64,000 bases of DNA. Source: an uncultured Nitrospinaceae bacterium. GTDB taxonomy: Bacteria; UBA8248. Where the stretch lies: the NCBI GenBank assembly GCA_964005815.1, contig CAXFSR010000023.1:1-64000 (forward strand), in the 5' to 3' direction. This document shows positions 29,412 through 39,565 of the stretch, piece by piece (position 1 is the stretch's first letter; each line of letters begins with the position of its first letter). The position numbers and the translations under genes were made by a program. Under the pieces are notes generated by a model. It had not been told where the DNA came from. It did no database searches and was given only the letters and a program-made list of their open reading frames with translations.

Positions 29412-29655
29412 ACTCATACTCCTGAAACACCGGGCGAATTCCTATCTGGAGTTCCAAACTCAACAAGGATTCCGACCAAACAAAACTGCTTACACCAACT
29501 GCAAGCAAAAAAAGACACATAAATGTTACCTACCTCGTAGGTAACACTGATACCCTATTTTATATGATAAAATAAAAGTATTGTAAGATTATAATAAAAA
29601 TAAAGATTTTATTCAAGTATTTTATTTTAAACACTAACTCGAGGCATAAACAAAA

Positions 29656-30537
29656 ATGAAAAATTTTAAAACTATAGGAATATTGAGCCCTGGAGATATG
29701 GGACACTCGGTAGGAAAAGAGTTAAAAAAAAATGGATTTTCAATCATCACATGTTTGAAAGGTAGAAGTAAATTAACCAAAAATTATGCAAAAGCAACTG
29801 GCTTTATTTGTCTAAAAACTTACAAAGATGTTCTGGAAGAATCAGACATAGTGCTTTCGATTATACCACCTAAAAAATCACTTGCCTTAGCTAAAGAGAT
29901 TGCGAAAGATATGAGAAAAGTAAAATCTAAACCTATTTATGTAGATTGCAATGCTATTTCTCCTAATAATGCAAAAAAAATAAAAAAAATTATTGTAGCT
30001 TCTGGATGTGCTTTTATTGATTCTGGAATCATTGGTCCTCCACCAATAAATACAAACACTACTAGGTTTTACGTAAGCGGATTACAATTAAACAAATTAA
30101 AAGAACTGGAAACGAAAAGAATTCAAATTTGTCCTATTGGAAAAGAAATTGGTCGAGCATCTGCAATGAAAATGTGCTACGCTTCGCTCACCAAAGGCAC
30201 AAGGGCCCTCCATGCTGCCGTAATAACCTTAGCAGAAAAACATCGCTTAACTAAGGAACTCAAAAATGAATTCCTTTTTAGTCAAAAAAACATTTATGAA
30301 ATGATGAAAAAAACACAACCGAGACTTCCTTCGGTTTCGGGAAGATGGATAGGAGAAATGGAAGAAATTGCTGACACTTTTAAAGATATGGGAATTAGCC
30401 CATACTTTCATCTTGCCGCAGCTTCTATCTATTCAATGATGAAAAAAACTCCGCTTTCCAAAGAAAAATCTAACAATTTTAATACTAAAAGGAGTTTAGA
30501 AGAATTGGCTAAAATTTATGCAAACACTATCAACTAA
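29656..30537 (+). CDS. NAD(P)-dependent oxidoreductase (6PGDH NAD-binding plus DUF1932)
   Basis: GILSPGDMGH, YVDCNAISP, ASAMKMCYAS.TKG, RWIGEMEEIA. Confidence 0.88.
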   Translation: MKNFKTIGILSPGDMGHSVGKELKKNGFSIITCLKGRSKLTKNYAKATGFICLKTYKDVLEESDIVLSIIPPKKSLALAKEIAKDMRKVKSKPIYVDCNAISPNNAKKIKKIIVASGCAFIDSGIIGPPPINTNTTRFYVSGLQLNKLKELETKRIQICPIGKEIGRASAMKMCYASLTKGTRALHAAVITLAEKHRLTKELKNEFLFSQKNIYEMMKKTQPRLPSVSGRWIGEMEEIADTFKDMGISPYFHLAAASIYSMMKKTPLSKEKSNNFNTKRSLEELAKIYANTIN

Positions 30538-30570
30538 AAAACTAACTTTAAAAAATCACAGGAAAATTTT

Positions 30571-31764
30571 ATGAAAAAGGAAAGTATTGGTAGGATTTTT
30601 CTTATATTTTTACAACTAGGCCTAACTTCATTTGGAGGGCCAATTGCTCATCTTGGATATTTTCGTGAGGCTTTTGTTGAGCGCAGGAAATGGATAAGCG
30701 AAAAGTCGTTTGCTGAGTTGATAGCATTATGCCAATTTTTGCCCGGTCCCGCTTCAAGTCAGGTGGGTATGGGGTTAGGACTTGCTAGAGGGGGTATTCT
30801 TGGCTCTCTATCTGCTTGGCTAGGATTCACACTGCCCTCGGCAATATTGATGATCCTTTTTGGTTACGGGGTTATAAATTTTAGTAAGGATATATCACCG
30901 GGAGCATTGCATGGTTTCAAAATTGTAGCAGTTGCTGTAGTTGCGCAGGCAATTTGGGGGATGTCAAAAGTTCTATGCCCTGACAATTTAAGAATAACCA
31001 TTGCCATTACTTCGGCATCTCTAATTTTAGTTTTTGAAACTGCTCTTGTACAATTTAGCGTAATTACTCTGGGAGCTTTTTTGGGGGTCTTTTTTTTAAA
31101 GGCAGAAACAAAATCAGAAAAAACTTCACTTGGAATCCAAATTTCAAAAGGGTTTTCTGTTTTATGTTTGACTTTATTTTTTCTGTTTCTTTTCGGGCTT
31201 CCCTTTTTAAGTAAAATCTACGCCTCTCCAAATTTGTCGATATTTGACAGTTTCTATCGTTCAGGATCTTTAGTTTTTGGCGGAGGTCACGTTGTCTTGC
31301 CATTACTCAAAACTGAGGTAGTCCCAACTGGATTAGTTTCTAAAGAAGCGTTTATGGCTGGATATGGTGCCGCGCAAGCTGTACCAGGCCCTTTGTTTAC
31401 ATTTTCTGCATTTTTAGGAACTGTATTAAAATCCGGTCCTAGCGGATGGATAGGGGCTACTATTTGCTTGATAGCAATTTTTCTTCCATCTTTCTTTCTG
31501 ATTTTAGGAGTACTTCCTTTCTGGGATTCTTTAGGTAAATTACAATTTATTTCGAAAGCACTTTTAGGAATAAATGCTTCAGTGGTAGGACTTCTTATCG
31601 CTGCTTTTTATAATCCTCTTTGGACTAGCGGAATACTTTCCTTATATGACTTTATTCTTGCTATGCTGGCATTTCTATTTCTTGTTTTTTGGAGAATCCC
31701 TCCGTTTTTAGTTGTATGTTTTTCAGCATTAGGTGGTTGGCTAACACAAATTTTAATTTTCTAG
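30571..31764 (+). CDS. chrA: Chromate efflux transporter
   Basis: LGLTSFGGPIAHLGYF, CQFLPGPASSQ, LVFGGGHVVLPLL, AQAVPGPLFTF. Confidence 0.95.
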   Translation: MKKESIGRIFLIFLQLGLTSFGGPIAHLGYFREAFVERRKWISEKSFAELIALCQFLPGPASSQVGMGLGLARGGILGSLSAWLGFTLPSAILMILFGYGVINFSKDISPGALHGFKIVAVAVVAQAIWGMSKVLCPDNLRITIAITSASLILVFETALVQFSVITLGAFLGVFFLKAETKSEKTSLGIQISKGFSVLCLTLFFLFLFGLPFLSKIYASPNLSIFDSFYRSGSLVFGGGHVVLPLLKTEVVPTGLVSKEAFMAGYGAAQAVPGPLFTFSAFLGTVLKSGPSGWIGATICLIAIFLPSFFLILGVLPFWDSLGKLQFISKALLGINASVVGLLIAAFYNPLWTSGILSLYDFILAMLAFLFLVFWRIPPFLVVCFSALGGWLTQILIF

Positions 31765-31771
31765 CTCCAGT

Positions 31772-32563
31772 TTATAATTTTCTTTTTGTATTGGGAAAAA
31801 TCTCTATATTTGGAAGAACTTTTTCTACATTCTCTCTCTTCCCAAAAAACACAGGCCCGTCTATTTTTTTTCCTTCAGCCATCGAACAAAGATCTATTGG
31901 ATTTCCGTTTGGAAGAAAACCACCTCCGCCTACTTCTTCAAGAATTGCTAATGGAGCCAAAATATCCCATATCTGTGGTCTGTCAACCAAAGCAGCAATG
32001 GAGCATCCGGCCGCAGTATAAGCTATATGGGTACTTGCACTTCCATATGCAACAGATTTTCCGGTAAAATTAAAATTAAAGAATCTCTTCTTCGAAGAAG
32101 GAATAAAAATAATAGTTTGTTTTTCAATCTCCATTTCTTTTAAAAACGGCATTTTTTTGCTATTTCTTGTTGCCCCTTTTCCCTTCTCTCCTATAAATAG
32201 CTCTTTCGTTTTCGGCATATAGAAACCACCTACTAAAGGCGTCTTCTCATGCATTAATCCCACACAAATTCCCCAGGTAGGCAACCCCTTAGTATAAGGG
32301 TTAGTCCCATCAATTGGGTCTATAGCCCAAATTCGTTTTTGATTTTCGGCAAGTATATTTTTGAGACCAAACTCCTCGCCAATAAATAAATCCTTTTTAA
32401 ATTTTTTTAAGATTCTTTCTTTTAAAAACAATTCAATCTCGTAATCTACTTCACTTACCAAACTTTGATCCTTTTTTTGACTTACCGATAATGTCTCTTG
32501 TTTCGCAGTAGCAATATCGCCCGCTTCTTCTAAGAGTTTTTTGATAAACTCTCTCAATTTCAT
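31772..32563 (-). CDS. Inositol monophosphatase family protein
   Basis: GEE, WAIDPIDGT, WD..A...ILEE.GG. Confidence 0.9.
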   Translation of the reverse strand: MKLREFIKKLLEEAGDIATAKQETLSVSQKKDQSLVSEVDYEIELFLKERILKKFKKDLFIGEEFGLKNILAENQKRIWAIDPIDGTNPYTKGLPTWGICVGLMHEKTPLVGGFYMPKTKELFIGEKGKGATRNSKKMPFLKEMEIEKQTIIFIPSSKKRFFNFNFTGKSVAYGSASTHIAYTAAGCSIAALVDRPQIWDILAPLAILEEVGGGGFLPNGNPIDLCSMAEGKKIDGPVFFGKRENVEKVLPNIEIFPNTKRKL

Positions 32564-32722
32564 CTCCAGAAAATGATCAAAAAAGACAAAAAATACTAAT
32601 TTCGTATTTTGGTTTGTTTTATAACATATTTATGATATTCAGCTTTGTCTCTCTTTATTTTTTATGACTATGCAATACTTTATCCTTTTCCAGGAATCAC
32701 TCCAACATGAAATTAGTTTTCT

Positions 32723-34090
32723 ATGCGAAGTCAACTTTTTAAAAAAAATATTGATTACACTGACGGTCCAATAGGTCGTAATGTCTATCTAATATCTATG
32801 CCAATTTTTTTTGAACTAGTTGCTTGGAATATTGATAGTATTTTGGAGGTATACTGGATTGGCAGATTAGGTCCTAGCGCACTTGCTGCTATGACTATTG
32901 CTTTTATAACTTTGATTTGTGCGCGCGCAGGCGGAATGGGAATTCGTGTTCCTGCGCAAGCTTTGGTAGCTCAACATATCGGTTCTGGAGACAAAGAAAA
33001 AGCTGCCCTCGTAGCTGGGCAAACTTTTCTTTTGCAAATTTTTTATTATGTTCCTGTTTCCCTTTTGGGAATAATTTTCGCTCCTTATCTTGTCGGGTTT
33101 TTTTCTTCAGAAGATCCTCTTAGATCCTTAGCAATTACGTGCCTTCGATCCGGGTTAATGATGGTTATGTTCATAGATGGGATTTTTACTATTGGAAATC
33201 TCCTAAGAGGGGCAGGCGACGTCAATCTTTCTTTAAAAGGTATGATTGTAAGTTCATGTATAGTTTTTTGGGCAATGCCTCTTCTTATTTATGGATATGG
33301 ATCTATTCCATCTCTAAAAATAGCAGGGGTATTCATAGGACTTGGAGCAGGGAGATTGGTCGGCTGCTTGGTAATGACATATTTTTTATTTTCAGGACGA
33401 TCAAAAATTCCACTTAAAGTCCGCCATCTAAAACCTAACAAAAAACAGCTATTTCAAATTATCTCTTTGGGCTGGCCCGCAATGGGCCAAATGTTATTTG
33501 AAAGAAGCGCTAATGTAGTTTTAGTTTCAATGTTAGCACCATTTGGAGCCATTGGTTTAGCTGCGTGGTCAGTTGGAAGTAGGGTTAATAATATGGGAAG
33601 AATGCCAGGATTCGTTTTACAGTCTTCTTCCAGAACATTAGTAGGACAAAATATCGGCGCAGGCAAAATGGAGAGGGCTGCTCTATCAGCAAGGTTTGTT
33701 CTATACCTTTTGTTTTTTATTATGATTTTCGTAACAGCAGGCTTCTTTTTCTGGGCTAAAGAAATTGTTGTTTTTTTTGGCATGGGGAATGAAGGATCAA
33801 AAACTGCTGAAATTTGTTTTCAAATTCTAAGTTTGGGCGTAGGCTTTGAAGCGGCAAGAAGAGTTGTCGCAGGAATTTTTGAGGGGTCAGCAGATACTAA
33901 ACCTCCAATGATAATAGAAGGGGTTATTCGCTGGGGAGTTCTTCTTCCAGCAGCTTATTTGCTTTCTTATACTTTTGATCTTAAAGAATTTGGGATTTGG
34001 TGGTCTGTAGCAGGAAGTCAAGTTTTGGGCGGTGTTGCCTTATTTGTTTGGTACATACTTTCATGGCCAAGAAAACAAAAAGCTATTTAG
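32723..34090 (+). CDS. MATE-family efflux transporter (paralog 1)
   Basis: About 12 TM, WIGRLG..ALAA, LRGAGD, VGQNIGAG, DTKPPM. Confidence 0.9.
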   Translation: MRSQLFKKNIDYTDGPIGRNVYLISMPIFFELVAWNIDSILEVYWIGRLGPSALAAMTIAFITLICARAGGMGIRVPAQALVAQHIGSGDKEKAALVAGQTFLLQIFYYVPVSLLGIIFAPYLVGFFSSEDPLRSLAITCLRSGLMMVMFIDGIFTIGNLLRGAGDVNLSLKGMIVSSCIVFWAMPLLIYGYGSIPSLKIAGVFIGLGAGRLVGCLVMTYFLFSGRSKIPLKVRHLKPNKKQLFQIISLGWPAMGQMLFERSANVVLVSMLAPFGAIGLAAWSVGSRVNNMGRMPGFVLQSSSRTLVGQNIGAGKMERAALSARFVLYLLFFIMIFVTAGFFFWAKEIVVFFGMGNEGSKTAEICFQILSLGVGFEAARRVVAGIFEGSADTKPPMIIEGVIRWGVLLPAAYLLSYTFDLKEFGIWWSVAGSQVLGGVALFVWYILSWPRKQKAI

Positions 34091-34136
34091 TTATTTTCTC
34101 TTTTTTTAAGAATTACTATTCATTGGTCATATAAAA

Positions 34137-35537
34137 TTGAAAAATGACAGAAAAACCAATTCATATGATTTTACAAAAGGGCGAGTTTCTCGAGGAATTT
34201 TTAGAATTACAATTCCCTCTTGTTTAGAAAATGTTTGTTGGAATCTAGATGCATTAGTAGAGGTTTATTGGATAGGAAGACTAGGAGGTCCTGGATATTT
34301 AGCCGCAGTCTCCCTGGCATTTATGATAATTTTTTTCCTTCGAGCTATAGGTTTCGGATTCCGAACAGCTGGAAGTGCATTGGTTTCTCAAAAAATCGGT
34401 TCTGGAGATACATTAGGCGCTAAGTTTGCAGCCGCACAAACCATTTTGTTGGCTTTTGTTTATTATTTTTGTATTTCAATTTTTGGATTTATATTTTCTC
34501 CATTTCTCATGTCATTATTAACAGAAGATCCAAAAGTTTTATCTTTAGGAATTGCTTATTTACAAACTAGCTTTTTATTTTTTGCATTTGTAGATGGAAT
34601 TTTTACTATAGGTCATCAATTTCGTGCATCAGGTGAGCCCCGTTTCTCACTTTACGGACAACTCTGTTCTCCAATTATATCTTTTTTTAGTATTCCTTTT
34701 TTTATACACGGACTTTTTGATTTCCCTGGGCTAGGACTATGTGGTGGAGCAGTAGGCGTAGGCACGGGAAGATTTGTAGGTGTGAGCTTGATGTTCTTTA
34801 TTGTTTTCAGCGGAAAATCAAAGATCTCTTTTGGAACAAAAGAAATGTTTCCAAATTTAAAGCTTATTTGGCAAATAATTAAAATAGGATGGCCTGCAGC
34901 TGCACAAAATTTATTAGAGCGAGGGTCAAGTTTAATCCTGTTAAAAATTTTATCAATTTTTGGCCCCGTTTATCTTGCCGCCTGGGCGATTGGAAATCGT
35001 ATTTCACTGCTAGCAAGAAACCCGAGTTTTGGTATTCAGGCTGCACTCAGAACGATGGTGGGACAAAACATAGGAGCAAAGAGATATGAACGTGCAACAA
35101 AAAGTGTAAAATTTTCACTCTTAGTTTTAATGGTAATAATGGGCTCTATTGCAATTATGCTTTTTATTTTTGCAGAGAACTTATCTGAATTTTTTGGATT
35201 AAAGGACGATCTCTCAATAAAAATCTCTGTTTTGTGTCTAAGAATTTTGTCTGTAGGGTTATTTTTCGAAGCAATTTTCAGAATGATTCTAGGAGCCTTT
35301 CATGGAGCTGCTAACACAAAACCTCCAATGATAGTAGAATTTTTTACAAAGTGGTTCATTCAAATACCTGCCGCATATATAATTTCCATAGTTTTGGCAT
35401 TTGGTGGTTCGGGAGTTTGGTTTGCCATGTCAGGAGGACAAATTCTTTCATGTGTGTTTTTATTGTTATGGTATTATTTTTGGATTAAGAAAAAAGGAAT
35501 TGGAAGTTATTCAGTATTAAAAAACAAGGAACTTTGA
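34137..35537 (+). CDS. MATE-family efflux transporter (paralog 2)
   Basis: EVYWIGRLG, VGQNIGA, NTKPPM; clearly similar to the upstream gene. Confidence 0.9.
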   Translation: MKNDRKTNSYDFTKGRVSRGIFRITIPSCLENVCWNLDALVEVYWIGRLGGPGYLAAVSLAFMIIFFLRAIGFGFRTAGSALVSQKIGSGDTLGAKFAAAQTILLAFVYYFCISIFGFIFSPFLMSLLTEDPKVLSLGIAYLQTSFLFFAFVDGIFTIGHQFRASGEPRFSLYGQLCSPIISFFSIPFFIHGLFDFPGLGLCGGAVGVGTGRFVGVSLMFFIVFSGKSKISFGTKEMFPNLKLIWQIIKIGWPAAAQNLLERGSSLILLKILSIFGPVYLAAWAIGNRISLLARNPSFGIQAALRTMVGQNIGAKRYERATKSVKFSLLVLMVIMGSIAIMLFIFAENLSEFFGLKDDLSIKISVLCLRILSVGLFFEAIFRMILGAFHGAANTKPPMIVEFFTKWFIQIPAAYIISIVLAFGGSGVWFAMSGGQILSCVFLLLWYYFWIKKKGIGSYSVLKNKEL

Positions 35538-36334
35538 TGAGAGATTATTCAGAAACGCCATCTACTGTTTATGGCCCTGTTGACTCATGGAGATTTGGTT
35601 TTTCTCTGGGAGTTGATCTTATTTTAAGAACAAGTGTCTGTTCTTTTAATTGCGTTTACTGTCAGCTTGGTTCTATACAAGAAATAACTAACGAAAGGCA
35701 ATTGTTTGTCAAAACTGAAAGAGTTATGTCCGATTTAAAAAAATCCGACTGGCAAAAATCAGATATTATTACTTTTAGTGGAAGCGGGGAGCCCACCTTG
35801 GCCACAAATCTCGGGGAAACTTTAAAAAAAATCAAAGAGTACACCAAGCTTGAAACTCATGTCTTAACAAATGGCACTTTACTCGAAGATAAAACTGTAC
35901 GTTCTGAACTTTGTAATGCAGACAGGGTATCTGTAAAACTAGATGCCGTAGATGAAAAAATGTTTGCTACTGTTAATAGGCCTTTTAATGGAATTACCCT
36001 AGGATCCATTTTAAGCGGAACAAAGATTTTTCGAAAAGAGTTTCATGGATTTTTCGATACGCAAATCATGTTTCTCCCCGCGAACAGAAAAATGACAGCT
36101 CAACTTTGTGATTTAATAAACGAGATCAAGCCTGATGAAGTTCAGCTAAACACTCCCAAAAGAGCTTATCCTTCCTCTTGGTTTATAGAATCAAGGGGAA
36201 GATATGACTATAAAAAATCTAAAGTTAAACTTCACGATCTTAAAGTAATTGAAAGAGAAGAAGCAGTTGAAATAGAAAATGAGATAAGGCAAAAAACAGG
36301 TCTTGTAGTTAGCAGTGTTTATGCGGAATCTTGA
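35534..36334 (+). CDS. Radical SAM protein (uncharacterised Fe-S oxidoreductase family)
   Basis: VYGPVDSWRFGFSLGVDL, CSFNCVYCQLG, TFSGSGEPTL, LTNG. Confidence 0.88.
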   Translation: MMRDYSETPSTVYGPVDSWRFGFSLGVDLILRTSVCSFNCVYCQLGSIQEITNERQLFVKTERVMSDLKKSDWQKSDIITFSGSGEPTLATNLGETLKKIKEYTKLETHVLTNGTLLEDKTVRSELCNADRVSVKLDAVDEKMFATVNRPFNGITLGSILSGTKIFRKEFHGFFDTQIMFLPANRKMTAQLCDLINEIKPDEVQLNTPKRAYPSSWFIESRGRYDYKKSKVKLHDLKVIEREEAVEIENEIRQKTGLVVSSVYAES

Positions 36335-36373
36335 TAAATTTTATTTTTTGGTTTTATTTTTTTTGAGGGAAAA

Positions 36374-36502
36374 ATGCTTCGGGGATTGCTTTGGTTAACA
36401 GGCACATTAATTTTAGCTTTTTTCTGTTTTTTGTTTTTAAGTAGCGTTTGCGGAGATAGTAAAATTTTTCCATCAATTTACACATATTTTTGTGGTAGTT
36501 AA
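36374..36502 (+). CDS. Candidate 42-aa small membrane protein (not in ORF track)
   Basis: GAGGG SD, ATG36374; MLRGLLWLTGTLILAFFCFLFLSSVCGDSKIFPSIYTYFCGS; fills an operon gap. Confidence 0.5.
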   Translation: MLRGLLWLTGTLILAFFCFLFLSSVCGDSKIFPSIYTYFCGS

Positions 36503-36515
36503 AATTAGTAATAAA

Positions 36516-36911
36516 ATGAGTTTATATCAAAAAGAGAAAAAAATATTGATTGTTTGTTCCGATCTGATTTTTTCAGGGCAAATTCGTTCTTTTTTTAATC
36601 TGAAAGATGAAAGAATAGAATTTCTCGAAAATCGAGAGGAGTTTCGAAATGCTTTAATTAAATTTCACGTTATTCTAATTCTTTTCGATTTACACCATCC
36701 TTCTATGGGCAATAAAGAAGCTTTTTCAATAATAAAAGAAGTTAGAGAAACCAATGATAACAGTTCTGCTTTTGCTGTCTCTTGGGGCGCACATACAGAA
36801 AGTGCACTATTAAAATCAGCCTTAAAGTCCGGTTTTGATGAAGCTATGCCCAGATCGTCTTTTGTAAAGGAACTACCAAAAATTATAAACAAAACAATAC
36901 TTAAATTTTAG
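36516..36911 (+). CDS. Atypical stand-alone receiver (CheY-like) domain protein
   Basis: ILIVCSDLIF, LILFDL, GAH...ALKSGFDEAMPRSSF; start taken at ATG36516. Confidence 0.6.
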   Translation: MSLYQKEKKILIVCSDLIFSGQIRSFFNLKDERIEFLENREEFRNALIKFHVILILFDLHHPSMGNKEAFSIIKEVRETNDNSSAFAVSWGAHTESALLKSALKSGFDEAMPRSSFVKELPKIINKTILKF

Positions 36912-36920
36912 TAATCGCAC

Positions 36921-37232
36921 ATGAACAAATTGAAAGAAAAAACAAATCCATTTGAGCACAAGGGTTCACTAATATGGTGGATTGAAATTATTTCATCACA
37001 GCAAAATTATTTACAAGCAATAATTTTAGGTTATGATGGCCTAGCATATTATCAAGGGATAAATAAAAATTATCGCACTACTGCAGACGGAATAATTTAT
37101 TCCCTTGGGCGCTTAACTTCAATGCCCGAAAATAAAAATAAGTGCAGAAATCTCCTTTTAAGTCTAGGAAAAGAGATGCCGCTAAACATAGTGCCTAATT
37201 CACCAAACATTTCCTGTGATTTTCAGCCATAA
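36921..37232 (+). CDS. Hypothetical protein, DUF4911-like
   Basis: YLQAIILGYDGLA resembles the (E/G)xYDGLA core of that family. Confidence 0.5.
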   Translation: MNKLKEKTNPFEHKGSLIWWIEIISSQQNYLQAIILGYDGLAYYQGINKNYRTTADGIIYSLGRLTSMPENKNKCRNLLLSLGKEMPLNIVPNSPNISCDFQP

Positions 37233-37244
37233 AAAAGTTTTTAA

Positions 37245-38093
37245 ATGAAAGGGTTTTTAATATTGCAAATTGTAATTTTATTTCTGGTTTTAATTTTTTT
37301 CCCTATTACGGTCGTTGATGCAAAAAGACTGAAACTTGCAACAACAACTTCGATTGCAAATAGCGGAATTTTATCCCCATTGTTATCTGCATACAGAGAA
37401 AAACAAGAAATTACCGTTCATCCAATTATTACTGGAACAGGAAAAGCTCTAGAGTTAGGAAAGTATGGAGACGTTGATTTAGTCCTAACTCATGCACCAA
37501 AATTAGAACACCTATTTATCAAAAAAAAATACGGCATTAATAAAAAGAAAATTATGTTTAATTACTTTTTAGTCGCGGGTCCATCTCCTGACAATTTTCT
37601 ATCAAAAAGCGAAAAAGTCGTAGATGTTTTAAAACAAATAGCCAAAAAAAAATATAATTGGATAAGCAGGGGAGACAATTCTGGAACTCACGTGAAAGAA
37701 ATTGAATTATGGAAAAATGCTAAACTGAATCCACTTGGGGAGTGGTATTTATCGTCAGGGCTTGGGATGGGAAGATCTTTGATAATAGCAGAAGAAAAAA
37801 ACGCTTTTATATTGTCAGATAGAGGAACATACCTTTCTTTTTTACATCGAAACAAAATCAATCTCAAAATTGTTTTTGGTCGAAATGACAAAAATTTATT
37901 AAATGTATATTCTGTAATGCAAGTAAATCCTTTTAAACACAAAAATATTTTATATACTGAGGCAAAAGAATTTTCAGATTTTTTGCTTTCTAATACCGCA
38001 CAATGCATTATTGAAAATTTCAAAATTAAACAAATACCTCTTTTTTATCCGGCAAGTTCCTGTATCAGCAAGCAATCTCGAGGAAAGGAATAA
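37245..38093 (+). CDS. tupA: Tungstate ABC transporter substrate-binding protein
   Basis: LATTTS..NSG tungstate motif, GTGKAL..G..GDVD, SRGDNSGTH.KE, SDRGTY. Confidence 0.92.
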   Translation: MKGFLILQIVILFLVLIFFPITVVDAKRLKLATTTSIANSGILSPLLSAYREKQEITVHPIITGTGKALELGKYGDVDLVLTHAPKLEHLFIKKKYGINKKKIMFNYFLVAGPSPDNFLSKSEKVVDVLKQIAKKKYNWISRGDNSGTHVKEIELWKNAKLNPLGEWYLSSGLGMGRSLIIAEEKNAFILSDRGTYLSFLHRNKINLKIVFGRNDKNLLNVYSVMQVNPFKHKNILYTEAKEFSDFLLSNTAQCIIENFKIKQIPLFYPASSCISKQSRGKE

Positions 38094-38779
38094 TGGGGTT
38101 TTTAACAGAAGGTTTTATTAGTGCTATTTATCTGATTTTTAGTCTTGACAATATGGTTCTTAGTGCAGCCTACACGACCATTCAAGTTGGATTAATTTCA
38201 ACTATTTGCGCATCTCTAATAGGACTTCCTATAGGCTTTTCTCTTGCCACTTTTTCGTTTAGAGGAAAGAAAATTTTAGTCCTATTAATACAAACACTTT
38301 TGGGCCTACCAACTGTTGTTATAGGTTTAGTTGTATATGGATTTCTCTCAAAAAAAGGTCCTTTAGGATTTATAGATTTGCTTTTTACTCCATCTGCCAT
38401 CGTTATAGGATTGGTCATTCTCGCAACTCCAATTGTAATAGTTTTTTCTTATACAACAATAAAAACTGTCGATTTTCGAGTAAGAGAAACAGCTTTTTCG
38501 TTAGGCGCATCAGAACTTAAAGCGGCGTGGACAGTAATTTGTGAAATAAGATACGAAATTTTAGCAGTTATCTTAGCATCTTTTTCAAGAGTTAGTTCTG
38601 AAATTGGAATTGCGCTCATGCTAGGAGGAAATATCAAAGGGTTCACAAGAACATTAACAACGGCAATTGCATTGGAAAGCACTAAAGGAGAATTTGCTTT
38701 TGGTATCGCTCTTTCAATTATTTTACTTTGCATAATACTTTTTGCAAACTTAATGTCATTTGTCTTTAGAAAGTTATAA
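38093..38779 (+). CDS. tupB: Tungstate ABC transporter permease
   Basis: GLPTVVIGL..Y, GPLG, GGNIKGFTRTLTTAIALE..KG. Confidence 0.92.
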   Translation: MGFLTEGFISAIYLIFSLDNMVLSAAYTTIQVGLISTICASLIGLPIGFSLATFSFRGKKILVLLIQTLLGLPTVVIGLVVYGFLSKKGPLGFIDLLFTPSAIVIGLVILATPIVIVFSYTTIKTVDFRVRETAFSLGASELKAAWTVICEIRYEILAVILASFSRVSSEIGIALMLGGNIKGFTRTLTTAIALESTKGEFAFGIALSIILLCIILFANLMSFVFRKL

Positions 38780-39439
38780 ATGAGTTTTATTTTAAAAAAT
38801 ATCAAAGTTGAGTTTGAAGAGTTTAATGCGCTAACTATAAATTATGTTGAAATACCTACACATAAAACAACTTGGGTTACCGGTCAAAATGGTGCAGGCA
38901 AAACTACATTTTTAAAACTTCTTGCAGGTTTAATTACCCCTAAAACGGGTGCCTTCACTTACAATTACAAAAATCTTATTACTAAAAAGAATTATATGGA
39001 CTATCGACAAAAAACCACTCTTCTCTCTCAAGAGCCTTATTTATTTCGAGGAACTGTTTTTAAAAATGTAATGTATGGACTTAATAACCGAGGATTTACT
39101 AAAAAACAATTAAAAACAAAAGCCTTAAACGCTATGGAGCAAACGGGAGTTTTAGATTTATCTAATAGGGATTCTAAACATTTGTCGGTTGGTGAAAAAA
39201 AAAGAGTTGCACTCGCTAGGTGTATAGCAATAGATTGTGAAACTATTTTGCTAGATGAACCACTAGCTGGCTTAGACGAAAAAAGCGTAGCTCAAATTAC
39301 TAATTTAATTAAAAAATTGTCACAACTCAAAAAAACACTAATTATAAGCACCCACAACTATGATAATACTAAAAATAAAAATGATTTGTGTATCCATCTA
39401 GAGTCAGGAAAAATACAAAGCTTCAGCAATGAAAGATAG
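38780..39439 (+). CDS. tupC: Tungstate ABC transporter ATPase
   Basis: GQNGAGKTT, QEPYLF, LSVGE, LLDEP; follows tupAB. Confidence 0.85.
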   Translation: MSFILKNIKVEFEEFNALTINYVEIPTHKTTWVTGQNGAGKTTFLKLLAGLITPKTGAFTYNYKNLITKKNYMDYRQKTTLLSQEPYLFRGTVFKNVMYGLNNRGFTKKQLKTKALNAMEQTGVLDLSNRDSKHLSVGEKKRVALARCIAIDCETILLDEPLAGLDEKSVAQITNLIKKLSQLKKTLIISTHNYDNTKNKNDLCIHLESGKIQSFSNER

Positions 39440-39565
39440 GGGTTTTAAAAAAGAAGTGGTAATTTTTGTTTCTCAATTTGGTATTTTGTTTTATTGGATA
39501 AGCTGGTATAAATGTAGAGTCTGCTTTTTGTAAGCTTTTCATCAAATTTTATTTGGAGTCTTTTT

